A stretch of DNA of 64,000 nucleotides from an uncultured Acidimicrobiia bacterium. GTDB lineage: Bacteria; Actinomycetota; Acidimicrobiia; Acidimicrobiales; Ilumatobacteraceae. The DNA lies in NCBI GenBank assembly GCA_963822315.1, contig CAWGHB010000010.1:88377-152376 (forward strand), given 5' to 3'. Shown piece after piece: positions 45,778 to 55,360 of this stretch (its first letter is position 1; every line of letters begins with the position of its first letter). A program made the translations under genes and the position numbers. A model generated the notes under the pieces. The model saw only the letters and a list, made by a program, of their open reading frames with translations. It was not told the origin of the DNA and did not search any database.

Positions 45778-46979
45778 GTGTCAGTCCACGGTCACGGGCA
45801 CGTTGCGGAAGCCGGCGACGTTGGCCATGCGCACGCGCTGCACGTCGGTCTCGTCGACCTCGAAGTGCGGCCAGCGGGAGAGGAACTCGCCGAGGGCGAT
45901 GCGACTCTCGCTACGGGCCAGAGCGGCACCGATGCAGAAGTGCGGGCCTCGGCCGAGGCCCGAGGGGGGCCGGTAGACCGGTCCGGGTAATGTCGAATCG
46001 ATCCGGCTCGGTGTAGGCCCGAGGATCCCGATTGGCCGACCCGGTGACCAGGAACACGGGGTAGCCCGCCCGGATCGTCGAGTCGTGCAAGGTGACCTCG
46101 CGCGTCGAGAACCGGCCCTGGAGGTGCGACGGCGCCCAGTAGCGCAGCACTTCCTCGACCGCTGCCGGCATGCGCGTGGGGTCGTCGAGGAGGAGCTGGA
46201 GCTGGTCTGGGTGGCGGTGGAAGAGCACGATCGCGTTGCCGACCAGCTTGGTCACGGTCTCGGTGCCGGCAGCCCCGAGGACGAGGGCGAAGTCGGCGAC
46301 CTCGTCATCGGTGAGCCGGCTGGTGGACCCGTCGTCGGTCCCGACCTCGGCTTCGATCAGGTGGGTGATCATGTCGTCGGCGGGATGGTTGCGCTTGTGA
46401 CGGACCAGGTCGAGGAACAACTGGTACTGGGCGATGTAGGCCTGCACCGTCTCGTCGGTCAGTTCGCCGGTGCCCTCGACCCGATTGAGGATCTGGTCGG
46501 TCCACTCCCTGATCCGTGGGCGGTCCTCCGGCGGGATGCCGAGCACCGCGCTCGATGATCTCGTTGGGGAAGATGGCGCTGAAGTCGGCGACGGCGTCGA
46601 ACGACGTACGCCCCTCCAGCGGGGCCAGCGTGGAGTCGATCACGTCCCGGACGACCTGTTCCATGCGCGCCACACCCTTGGGCGAGAACGCTCGGTTGAC
46701 CAGAGCGCGAAGGCGGTCGTGATGTGGCGGGTCGAAGTTGATGATCATCCCCGGCACGAAGTCGGGGTTCTTCAGGTCACTCAGCGTCGAACCATGGGCG
46801 CTGGAGAAGACCTCCCAGTTGATGCTCGCGTCGTACACGTCCTGGTATCGAGACAATGCGTAGAACTCGTGGTCCGGATTGAAATAGACCGGCGCTTCGT
46901 CACGCAGTCGGGTATACATCGCGTACGGGTCGTCGAAGAACTCGAGCGAATACGGATCGAACACGACCGGTGCGGTCAT
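45778..46979 (-). pseudogene. cytochrome P450, at least two frameshifts
   Basis: The N-terminus is in ORF 46305..46979 (..FDPPHHDRLRALV..). The middle is in ORF 45911..46546 (VLGIPPEDRP..AGTETV..EEVLRYWAP ExxR). The heme loop GRGPHFCIGAALAR and C-terminus ..FRNVPVTVD* are in a third frame ending at 45778. Shifts near 46548 and 45960. Confidence 0.8.
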
Positions 46980-47908
46980 GGATGTACAACCACTCTGAAG
47001 GTGCCTTTGGCACGGTCTCGTGCGACGTCGAAGGCGTGCACCGCGTCCTCGATGCCGAAGCGATGCGTGATCAGCGTCTCGGCGATCTCCGGTCGAGCGG
47101 CCAGCATCGCCGCCACCCGGTCGAACTCGCGGACGTCACCATCCGCGCAGTAGCCCAGCGACGGAGCCGTCTTGGCCTCTTTGAGGAACGCCGCCAGGTG
47201 CGGCCATGGAACGTCCGGAGCGAACACACCCACCGTCACCACTGTGCCCCCCGGCCGCACCAGCTCGAACGATCGATGCAGCGAGCTCTCCGAGCCCGCC
47301 GACTCGACCACCACGTCGTACACCCCGACCGGCGGCGACGCCCCAAAGCGTTCAGCGACCTCCCGCTGGTGCGGGTGCCTGGCCTCGACAGCAACCTCCG
47401 CCGCGCCCAACGACTGCGCCGCGGTCACGGCCAACAACCCGATCGCCCCTGCGCCCACGACTGCGACCCGTGTGTCGGGCCCCACTCCGCCCGTCCGGCA
47501 AGCGTGCCAAGCCACCGAGCCCGGCTCCACCAGGCAAGCCTCGGACGGCCCCAGACCCTGCGGCAACCGCCGCAACGCACGGGTCGGAGCCCGGAAGAGC
47601 TCCGACATCCCTCCCGGCGCGGTGATTCCGAGGGCCGAAGTCGCCGCCATCGCGCAACGGTTGTAGTTGCCCCGCAAACACCACTCACATGCATCGCAAC
47701 CGAAGATGGCCTCGACCGCCACCGCTGTTCCGTCCTCGAGGACACCGGCGATCTCATGCCCGATGATCTGCTCGCTGCCCCAAGCGATGTACTGGAAATC
47801 GGAGGCGCAGATGCTCACCGTCGACACGCGGACCAACTCACCATCACCCGTGGGCTCATCGACATCGACCACCGCCACCCCACCCGGGATGCACCGCACC
47901 GCCCGCAC
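46976..47908 (-). CDS. zinc-binding alcohol dehydrogenase family protein
   Basis: 310-aa ORF. GHEIAGVLEDG, CDACEWCLRGNYNRC, VAVVGAGAIGLL. The stop overlaps the P450 start as ATGA. Confidence 0.8.
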   Translation of the reverse strand: MRAVRCIPGGVAVVDVDEPTGDGELVRVSTVSICASDFQYIAWGSEQIIGHEIAGVLEDGTAVAVEAIFGCDACEWCLRGNYNRCAMAATSALGITAPGGMSELFRAPTRALRRLPQGLGPSEACLVEPGSVAWHACRTGGVGPDTRVAVVGAGAIGLLAVTAAQSLGAAEVAVEARHPHQREVAERFGASPPVGVYDVVVESAGSESSLHRSFELVRPGGTVVTVGVFAPDVPWPHLAAFLKEAKTAPSLGYCADGDVREFDRVAAMLAARPEIAETLITHRFGIEDAVHAFDVARDRAKGTFRVVVHP

Positions 47909-47989
47909 CTCAGATCCCCACCATCAGCGACCCGCCATTCACTCGCCACACGAATTCCGGACCGAGACGCGAGGCCATGCCGGCGGTCG

Positions 47990-48508
47990 TCATGACGTCG
48001 TGTCCTGCACCGGGTTCGAGGAGGCATCAGCCGGTGCAGCATTGAATGTCGGGATCCGGCCGGTCGCGAAGTACTCCTCCATCATGGGCTGCAGGGACCG
48101 CGACACCAGTTCGATCCGGAGACCGATCGCATTCCGATGGTAGGACCAATACGGGTCACCGCCTGGCCCGACGCCCATCACCTCGGGCGCGAAGCCCCCC
48201 TGCACGAGCGCAGCGCCATCGAGCTCCACATCGTCGGACCAATACCCGAGGTGGTGGACCCCCGAGCTGGCCGGTTCCCACAGAGTGCCAGGAATGACAC
48301 GGATGATCTCCAGCCGCGGGACGCTCGTTGAGTACACGAAGCTCGGCTGCACCACACCCGTCGTTCCGTCCGCGTACTTCACGTCGGTCGGGCTGCTGAT
48401 CTCCTCGCCCCACGTGTGGCCGAGGACGTCCGAGAGCTCGACGAGCGTCGACTCGAACTCGTCGACGACGATGCCGATGTGGAACTGGTCAGCGGCTTCC
48501 AAGGTCAT
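47990..48508 (-). CDS. VOC / glyoxalase family protein
   Basis: ORF 47990..48742, start MTLEAADQFHIGIVV after GGAGG. ..GVHHLGYWSDD..IGLRIELV. Confidence 0.65.
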   Translation of the reverse strand: MTLEAADQFHIGIVVDEFESTLVELSDVLGHTWGEEISSPTDVKYADGTTGVVQPSFVYSTSVPRLEIIRVIPGTLWEPASSGVHHLGYWSDDVELDGAALVQGGFAPEVMGVGPGGDPYWSYHRNAIGLRIELVSRSLQPMMEEYFATGRIPTFNAAPADASSNPVQDTTS

Positions 48509-48810
48509 GGCGGCCTCCGGCGGGTCGGACCAGGCCGGACAGTAACCCACCACCCGGCACGATCGCCACCCGCCAGGTGCGGCTTCGGCGCAGCACATGG
48601 ACGACTGTGCGGACGTTGCGCCGGCGACCCTGGAGCACCGCGACACGTGTGCCTCGCGTCGCGGCGACAGGACGCTTGCCGACCGTTCGCCAAGACGTGA
48701 CGACCACGCTCTCCGGACGTTGTCCGAAGAGGACGGGAACATCCGGATGCGTGCACCTTCCAGACGGAGTCAGTTGACACGATGCGAACGCGGCAGTTGC
48801 CGGGTTGGTC

Positions 48811-49354
48811 TCAGTGGCCGGAAAGGCGGGCGCAGACGTGCTCCAGGATGGCGATGTGCTTGGCTGTGTCGTGGCGCATCAGATCCACGAGTAGCGGATG
48901 CAGCATCGACTCGGGTGCGCCCCGCAGTGACTTGGCAAGCTGGCGGAGCTCCTTGGCGTCGGCCTTCTCCAACGCCAGCAGGTCTCGCGTCTGCTGCAGG
49001 AGCGCCGGGTCGCGGCGTGGGGCCAGGGCCGGCACGCTCGGCTCGATGGCGATCTCCTCGACGAACGACCTGAGGGCGTTGGCCATCTCTTCGAACACGC
49101 GGTGGTGCCGGTGCTCGTCCTCCAAGATGAGGCGCACGAGGTACTTGACCCCGTCGCTGGCGGACGACTCCTTGACCACCTTCTCGTACGCGGCGAGGGC
49201 CGCGCCCTTCCCGGGCGCCATGGTTGGTGAGCCTGTCGAGGATCGCGGTCTCGGCATCTCGGTCGGGCCGATGACTGGTCCGGTACTCGGCTCGTTCGTA
49301 CTCGATGTCTCGTTCGTACCCGGTGGGGATGAGGTAGTCGTGCTCAGGGCCCAT
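48811..49354 (-). pseudogene. hypothetical helical (ferritin-like?) protein, one frameshift
   Basis: MGPEHDYLIPTGYERDIEYERAEYR..LTNHGA (ORF 48770..49354 frame) continues near 49215 as PGKGAALAAYEKVV..LILEDEHRHHRVFEEM..LMRHDTAKHIAILEH* (ORF 48811..49548 frame). No family firmly recognised. Confidence 0.4.
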
Positions 49355-49687
49355 GGCTTGTCCTTTGGTTCGGTGATCAGGTTTTCGCGTCGCCGGAACG
49401 TCGGAGCATCCTCGGCGCGTGCGGTTGGGCGGTCGCGGGCAGCGTTGGTCCCGGGTGCGATCGTCACGCCACTACATCTACGGAGGCACGTGTTCCAAGC
49501 ACAGAGCCGAACGTCCCGATCGCAGAGTGAGCGGCGGGCCCGATCCATGGATCAGATGGTCCGACCGGCGCCGGCGGCCCGCCCCGCCGCAAGCGCGTGC
49601 GAGCGGCGCTGGCCTGTTCGACCCTCAGCCCCCGGCGAGGCGGGCGCGACGCGCCGCCTGACCGCTCGCCGCCGTCCCGACCATCGG

Positions 49688-49701
49688 GTGACGTTCGGCC
49701 C
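49688..49701 (+). promoter_or_regulatory. DosR-type operator B10
   Basis: GTGACGTTCGGCCC then T. 37 nt from ATG 49738. -10 hexamer CACGCT at 49725-49730. Confidence 0.65.
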
Positions 49702-49737
49702 TACCTACGCTGGCCCGGGACCTGCACGCTGAAGGGG

Positions 49738-50158
49738 ATGACGATGACGAATGTTGGTTCCATGCCCGTGTCTGCGCTCGCCGCCGACGTCGTTGCCCGA
49801 GTGGCTCCGGACGCCGACCTGTGGGAACTCGCCGAGGCCTTGGTCGAGGCCGACGTCGGCGCGCTGGCGGTCGGCGACGGCGACGACGTGCTCGGCGTCG
49901 TGTCCGAGCGGGACGTCGTGCGCGCCCTCGCCAGCCGGCGTGATCCGATCGGCCACCAGGACGATCGAGATCGCCCACACCCACGTCGTGTGGTGCGACG
50001 CCAGTTCGACGGTGGCCGAGGTCGCCGAGGAGATGATGGAGCGCTACGTCCGCCACGTCCTCCTGGAGGAGGAGGGACGAGTCGTGGGGATCGTGTCGGC
50101 CCGCGATCTGCTCGGCGCTTACACCGCGGCGGAAACGGCCGAGGAGGCCGAACGCTGA
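49738..50158 (+). pseudogene. CBS-domain pair protein, one frameshift
   Basis: MTMTNVGSMPVSALAADVVARVAPDADLWELAEALVEADVGALAVGDGDDVLGVVSERDVVRAL switches near 49945 to ..TRTIEIAHTHVVWCDASSTVAEVAEEMMERYVRHVLLEEEGRVVGIVSARDLLGAY..* (frame of ORF 49751). Confidence 0.65.
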
Positions 50159-50252
50159 CAGGAGGACCACTGTCGTTCGTTTTGCGTGCAGCGCCGCGGC
50201 GGTGACGCCCGCCTGCGAACGCACCGCATGGAGGGCAGTGCGTCGACGTTTC

Positions 50253-50266
50253 GTGACGTTCGGCCC
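50253..50266 (+). promoter_or_regulatory. DosR-type operator B11
   Basis: GTGACGTTCGGCCC then T. -10-like CAGGTT at 50291-50296. AGGAGG, then GTG 50314. Confidence 0.6.
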
Positions 50267-50313
50267 TGGTTCATGTGGGCCCGTGCGCCGCAGGTTGGAA
50301 GTAGGAGGCAGCC

Positions 50314-51199
50314 GTGCTCCAGTTCGACCGGGCCAGCAAGCGCTTTGGCAGCTTGGCAGCGCTCGACGCCTGCTCGTTCACCGCACGGCCCGGACGGCTC
50401 ACCGGCTTCCTCGGGCCGAACGGCGCAGGGAAGACCACGGCCATGCGGACGGTCTTCGGGCTCGTGGAGCTCGACAGTGGTGACGTGCGGTGGCAGGGCG
50501 ATCCCATCGGGCCTGAGCAGCGAGCACGGTTCGGTACATGCCCGAGGAGCGCGGGCTCTATCCCCGCATGCGCGTCCGCGACCAGCTCGTCTACCTCGGC
50601 CGGCTGTGCGGCCGTACGAGCGCGGCGGCGAACCGGACCGTTGACACCTGGCTCGAGCGCCTCGGCCTGTCGACTCGAGCGGGTGACCGGCTCGACACCC
50701 TGTCGCACGGCAACCAACAGCGCGTCCAGCTGATTGCCGCGCTGGTCAACGAACCGGAGCTCCTCGTCCTGGACGAACCGTTCTCCGGTCTCGACCCGCT
50801 CGCCATGGCCTCGATGTCGGAGATGCTGGCCGAGGTCGCCGCCGCGGGCACGACCGTGCTGTTCTCCAGCCACCAACTCGATCTCGTCGAGGACATCTGC
50901 GAGGACGTCGTCATCATCAACGCCGGTCGGGTCGTGCGCGCCGGTGACCTCGCCGAGCTGCGGGCCGAGGTTCCACAGCGATTCGTGACCGTTCGCTACC
51001 GCGGGCGCGCACCCGACTGGTCCCGATCGCCTGCGTCGAACTCGTCGACCAACGCGACGGAGAAGCCAGGCTCAGCGTCGACCAGGGTGCCGATCTCGCC
51101 GCGATGATCTCCACCGCGCAACGCGACACCGACCTGGTGGCATTCGCCTACGAGCCCCCGACCCTCTCGGAGTTGTTCCGGGAGGCGGTCGCGGCATGA
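50314..51199 (+). pseudogene. ABC transporter ATP-binding protein (NatA-like), two frameshifts
   Basis: FLGPNGAGKTT (Walker A), then a shift at about 50534 where RFG(Y)MPEERGLY appears to lack one nt. LSHGNQQRV, LLVLDEPFSGLD. A second shift near 51020 leads to ..VELVDQRDGEARLSV..AFAYEPPTLSELFREAVAA*. The stop overlaps the next ATG as ATGA. Confidence 0.75.
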
Positions 51200-51852
51200 A
51201 CGGCGTGCGCCAGACCTGGCTCGTCGCAGCCCGCGAGATCCGCGAGCGCGGCCTGATCGAGGGCCGCAGCCCCGACGACGAGACCGCCGCCTTCCTCATG
51301 ACCATGGTGCTGTTCTTCTCGATCAGCACCTACGGCGCCATGGTCCTCAGCGGCGTCATCGAGGAGAAGTCGAGCCGCACCGTCGAGGTCCTCCTCGCCC
51401 GCATGCCGGCCCGCCACCTGCTCGCCGGCAAGATCGCCGGCATCGGCATGCTCGGGCTCGTCCAGATCGCCGCCACGGCGATCGTCGCGCTCTTTGCCGC
51501 GTCGCTCGCCGATTCCTTCGACGTCCCCGCGGTGCGCGGCAGCGTCGTCGCGTGGGCAGTCGTGTGGTTCGTACTCGGCTACGCCCTCTACGCCACGGTG
51601 TTCGGCACCCTCGGGTCGCTGCCAGCCGTGCCGTCCACGAAACGAGAGGCCCGGACACAGCTCGTCCTCATCGTCATCGCCACCGCCATCGGCGCTGTCG
51701 TGTTCGCACTATCGGGCGACTTCGTGATCGGCGTCGGTGTCGGTGCCGGCGGCTTCGCCGTTGCGCGGCAGGCCATCAAGGCGTGGGGTCGCAAGGGCGA
51801 CGACCAGGCCCGCGCCGAGAACGAGCCCGACCGCGAGCCGGTCCATCGGTAG
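51196..51852 (+). CDS. ABC-2/NatB-like membrane protein, unusually short (possibly internally deleted)
   Basis: 218 aa. ..VIEEKSSRTVEVLLARMPARHLLAGKIAGIGMLGLVQ is typical of NatB-type permeases, but the long N-terminal loop region of that family is absent. Confidence 0.45.
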   Translation: MNGVRQTWLVAAREIRERGLIEGRSPDDETAAFLMTMVLFFSISTYGAMVLSGVIEEKSSRTVEVLLARMPARHLLAGKIAGIGMLGLVQIAATAIVALFAASLADSFDVPAVRGSVVAWAVVWFVLGYALYATVFGTLGSLPAVPSTKREARTQLVLIVIATAIGAVVFALSGDFVIGVGVGAGGFAVARQAIKAWGRKGDDQARAENEPDREPVHR

Positions 51853-52186
51853 CCGCGACTGTCGCGGCGCTCCCCCGGCACAGCCGACGTGGTCGCCGTC
51901 GAAGCGATGCCTGGCGTGCAATGAGTCGACGACGTGCTCGAGGACCTCGGCCGCGGTGTCTGCTTCGCCTCCGTTGCGATGTGCCCGCTGTCGACGTTCC
52001 GACCGGGATGCCCTGAGGCAATGGCGGCGCGGACATCCCCACGAACACGGTGAGAAACCTCGAGGCCATCCGCGCCCAGGGCTTGGGAGCGTGAGTCGAA
52101 CCAAGGCGCGCCGAAGAATGTTTCGGTCAGCTCCCGCCGACGTGCGACCGCCCAAGAGATGCTTCGTGGGCGATCATCGCCGGGCG

Positions 52187-52487
52187 TCAGCGACCGCAGT
52201 CGACCGCGACCTCGAGTGCCTCGCAGATCTGACGCATGCGGTCGTCGCTCACACGACCGAGTCGCTCCATCGGCGTCGCGATTCACGGCGCTCCGCCGCG
52301 GTACGGGATCCACGTCCGGTTCAAGGACGACCTCGGTGCTCAGGCCTCGGATGGTGGTCGTACATGGCGCAACCAAGGCTCGACGCAGACGAGGAACCGC
52401 AACGTCGCGAGAAAGCACGAGCACCGGCCGGCGTCCGCTCTGGGGCGGCTCGCACCACCACACCTGGCCGCACGACGGAACGGCCAT
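52187..52487 (-). pseudogene. mazF: MazF/PemK-family toxin, frame-disrupted
   Basis: MAVPSCGQVWWCEPPQSGRRPVLVLSRDVAVPRLRRALVAPCTTTIRGLSTEVVLEPDVDPVPRRSAVN, then near 52278 the plausible end ..MERLGRVSDDRMRQICEALEVAVDCGR* lies in another frame. The ATG shares its A with an upstream TGA. Confidence 0.6.
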
Positions 52488-52684
52488 CAGCTGCCTGCGG
52501 CAGCGTCCCGGAAGGAGGCGAGGTGACCCCACTCGTCGGGCTCCTCGAGCGGATGCGCGTCATCGCCGGCGTACTCCGCGTCCAGATCAGCAGCGCGATG
52601 GCGCAGTATGGGTCAAACAAACGTGAACCAAGCCCTGTACCCGACGGCCCGGTCGGACCTCGCTGCCGGACGAGCGGAGCTCGC

Positions 52685-54451
52685 TCAACCGGTCGTCGGG
52701 GAGGCGGGTCCGGTGGCCGAGCGGTAGGCGTCGACTGCCTCCCCGATGGTCGTGTACAGGTGCCCCGGCGCCACGAGGGCAGGCGGTTCACTGATGCGGC
52801 GGCGGAGCCGGGCGTGCGCGCCGGACACCGCAACGGTGATGCCTTGCTGGTCGAGGTCGGTGAACAGACGCCGGAGCGTGTCGGTCGCGGTGACGTCCAG
52901 CTCACCGATGGCCGAGGCGTGGACGAGGAGCCAGCGCGGCGTCGGCTCGGACGAAGCGACGAGCGCCAGCACACGGTCGCGGAACACCTGCGCGTTGGCG
53001 AAGAACAGCGGGGCGTCGAACCGGTAGACCAACAACCCGGGTTCGCGCTCGGCGCCCCTGAGGACGTCGCCCCACCCCGGGCGGTCGGGCCGGCGACCGA
53101 GGACGGCGTCGTGGGGCGATGCGGCCCGGCGCATGAAGTTCACGAGAGACAGGCCGAGGGCGATCGCCACGCCAGTGAGGACGCCGGTCAGCACGACGCC
53201 CACCAGCGCGGCGACCGCGACGACCAGCTCGGGCCGGCGGTACGCCCACAGCTGGCGGATCTCCCCCCACGACATCAGGCGCAGCGCGGCGGCGATGACG
53301 ACGCCAGCGAGGACGGGCACCGGCATGTTCTCGATCACGGGTGCGAAAACCAGCAGCACGAGGGCGATGACGAGCGCACCCACGATGGGCACGAGCGAGC
53401 TGCGACCGCCGCCGGCGAGGGCGGCCCCGGAGCGGGAGGCGCTGGCGCCGACGGGGTAGCCGCTGGCGAACGAGCCGGCCAGGTTGGCCACACCGAGCCC
53501 CACCAGGTCACGGTTGGGATCGACGTCGTAGCGAGCCTGCTCTGCATAGCGACGAGACTGCAGCACGGCGTCGGCGAACCCGAGAACGGCGAGGGCCAAG
53601 GCCCCCGGGAACATCTGGCGGACGTCGCTCAACGTCACGTCCGGCACGTCGACCGGCGGCAGTCCCGTCGGGATGTCGCCGACCAGGGCGACGCCCTTCT
53701 TCTCCAGCGCGAACACAGCCACCAGCCCCGCCCCGATCAGCAGGAGCAGGACGGCGGCCGGCAGGCGAGGCTGCAGGCGGCCGATCACGAGGGACACCAC
53801 GACCGTCGTGCCGCCGAGCACCAGCGACCACAGCTCGGTGTCGCCCAGCTCCCGCACGGTCTCGACCAGCTTCGAGATGGTGGTGTCGGCGGCCACGCTG
53901 AGGCCGAGGAGCTTGGGCAGCTGGCCGACCAGGATGGTGATGGCCAGCCCGGTCATGAAGCCGCTCAGCAGCGGACGGGACAAGAAGTTGGCGAGGAAGC
54001 CGATGCGGGCCAGCCCGAACACGAGGAACAAGCCGCCCACGAGGAAGGCCAGGACCGGGGCGAGGGTCACGGCGCGCGCCTCGTTGCCTGCGGCAAGGGG
54101 TGCCAGCGTGGCGCCGATCAGGGCCGCGAACGCCCCGTCAGGCCCGAGCACCAGGTGGCGCGACGAACCCACCAACGCGAACACCACCATCGGCACCATG
54201 GCGGCATAGAGCCCGTAGACCGGGGGGAGCCCGGCCACCTCGGCATAACCGAGGGCGGACGGGATCGTCAGCGCCCCGACGGTGACACCCGCGGCGGCGT
54301 CCGTCGCCAGCCAGGCGCGCCGGTAGTGGCGCAGCGACGGGTTGAGGCCGATCGGCAGCCGGTAGCCACGCAGCCGCTCACGCAGGGTGAAGCGCTGGTC
54401 CGGCGCCGGCGGGAACTCGTCGATCGCGCCGATCGCTCCATGATGCCCCAC
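52685..54451 (-). CDS. SulP family anion permease with C-terminal STAS domain
   Basis: Part of ORF 52685..54898, start set at GTG 54451. AGVTVGALTIPSALGYAEVAGLPPVYGLYAAMVPMVVFAL, many TM segments, STAS LLVYRFDAPLFFANAQVF. Confidence 0.85.
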   Translation of the reverse strand: MGHHGAIGAIDEFPPAPDQRFTLRERLRGYRLPIGLNPSLRHYRRAWLATDAAAGVTVGALTIPSALGYAEVAGLPPVYGLYAAMVPMVVFALVGSSRHLVLGPDGAFAALIGATLAPLAAGNEARAVTLAPVLAFLVGGLFLVFGLARIGFLANFLSRPLLSGFMTGLAITILVGQLPKLLGLSVAADTTISKLVETVRELGDTELWSLVLGGTTVVVSLVIGRLQPRLPAAVLLLLIGAGLVAVFALEKKGVALVGDIPTGLPPVDVPDVTLSDVRQMFPGALALAVLGFADAVLQSRRYAEQARYDVDPNRDLVGLGVANLAGSFASGYPVGASASRSGAALAGGGRSSLVPIVGALVIALVLLVFAPVIENMPVPVLAGVVIAAALRLMSWGEIRQLWAYRRPELVVAVAALVGVVLTGVLTGVAIALGLSLVNFMRRAASPHDAVLGRRPDRPGWGDVLRGAEREPGLLVYRFDAPLFFANAQVFRDRVLALVASSEPTPRWLLVHASAIGELDVTATDTLRRLFTDLDQQGITVAVSGAHARLRRRISEPPALVAPGHLYTTIGEAVDAYRSATGPASPTTG

Positions 54452-54664
54452 GCCGTCCGGTGTCGGCCGCCCGCTCGGCCACCGTGGGTGACGACGCCCT
54501 CGTTGCGGGCAGCACCGAGGCGGGCAGACCGAGACGTAGGTCGCGACGGATCTCGGCACCCGAATCGTTGCTGACCTGCGCGGCGCTCGAGCGTCAGTGC
54601 GTATCGCGAACGGTGGTTCGCCAGCCCACTGCGAGCACGGTGGGGCTGTCCGGTCGGTCGGACG

Positions 54665-54729
54665 GTCCAAGAACTTCGGGCGTGGTGAAACGCCCACCAT
54701 CGTCCCGACGCTTGTCTCGGTAACCGGCG
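54665..54729 (+). repeat. direct repeat copy 1 flanking a small low-GC gene (contains hairpin GGGCGT-GGTGAA-ACGCCC)
   Basis: GTCCAAGAACTTCGGGCGTG..ACGCCC..CGACGCTTGTCTC..CCGGCG. The first 20 nt are 19/20 identical to copy 2. Confidence 0.6.
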
Positions 54730-54767
54730 CGACATCTTCGCGCAGGGGTGGCAAGAGGGAGTCAGCA

Positions 54768-55022
54768 GTGATCAAGCGGGCAATTGTTGCGGGGTGCGCA
54801 CTGACGGCAGTTGCGTTTGCCGTCCCAGCGGGCGCCGCTATGGCGGATGGCGGAAACGGCAGGTCGTTCTGTAGTGAATCGGGTGCCCCGTTTGGCACTG
54901 CCCCAGAAAGCTATGGCAATGCAGGCGAAGTCATCAGCTGGCTCGCTCGCAACGGGGGTTTCGATCCGGACCTTCCGGTGGTGGGACTTCAAGTCGCTGC
55001 TGCGTGCAACCCCACCAGGTGA
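54768..55022 (+). CDS. small secreted protein (84 aa), function unknown
   Basis: GTG start after AGAGGGA. Signal-like VIKRAIVAGCALTAVAFAVPAGAAMA, then DGGNGRSFCSES..AAACNPTR (two Cys). Visibly lower GC than its surroundings. Confidence 0.45.
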   Translation: MIKRAIVAGCALTAVAFAVPAGAAMADGGNGRSFCSESGAPFGTAPESYGNAGEVISWLARNGGFDPDLPVVGLQVAAACNPTR

Positions 55023-55083
55023 GTCCAAGAACGTCGGGCGTGTAACGCCGACGGCCGCGCCGTCGCTTCTCTCTGTCGGCGGG
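55023..55083 (+). repeat. direct repeat copy 2 (hairpin GTCGGGCGT-GTA-ACGCCGAC), immediately after the small gene's stop
   Basis: GTCCAAGAACGTCGGGCGTGTAACGCCGAC..CGTCGCTTCTCTC..CGGCGG. Confidence 0.6.
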
Positions 55084-55360
55084 ACTGGACGTGGCGGGGG
55101 TCCGGACGGGGCCCCCTGCCCGTCCCGACTCGTCGGGTCAGCGGTGGCCAGCAGTGCGGCTGTAGTAGTCGACGACGAGCAGGCGCAGCTCGGCGACAAC
55201 GAGGCGTAGCTCCCGGATGGCGTGGACCTGGGCGACGGTCGGTTCGGCGCCGAGCTGGATCGACTCGACGACCCGGGCGAGGTAGCGGGCCAGGGCCAGC
55301 TGAAGCCGCACGTCGACGTGCGGGTGCACGAGGGGTCGTCGGCCCCGGCCAGCGAGTCGA

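Noticed and set aside
52490-52612. Intact MazE-type antitoxin upstream of mazF.
   Set aside because: The only in-phase ORF is ~40 codons with no start codon and an in-frame TGA at 52613-52615. No ribbon-helix-helix or AbrB-type N-terminus was found in any frame.
55138-55329. 63-codon helical ORF downstream of the hydroxylase (VHPHVDVRLQLALARYLARVVESIQLGAEPTVAQVHAIRELRLVVAELRLLVVDYYSRTAGHR).
   Set aside because: It is simply the continuation of the hydroxylase's wrong-frame read-through (ORF 55138..57096). No RBS and no recognisable family. It could be a real small gene, but that cannot be supported from sequence alone.
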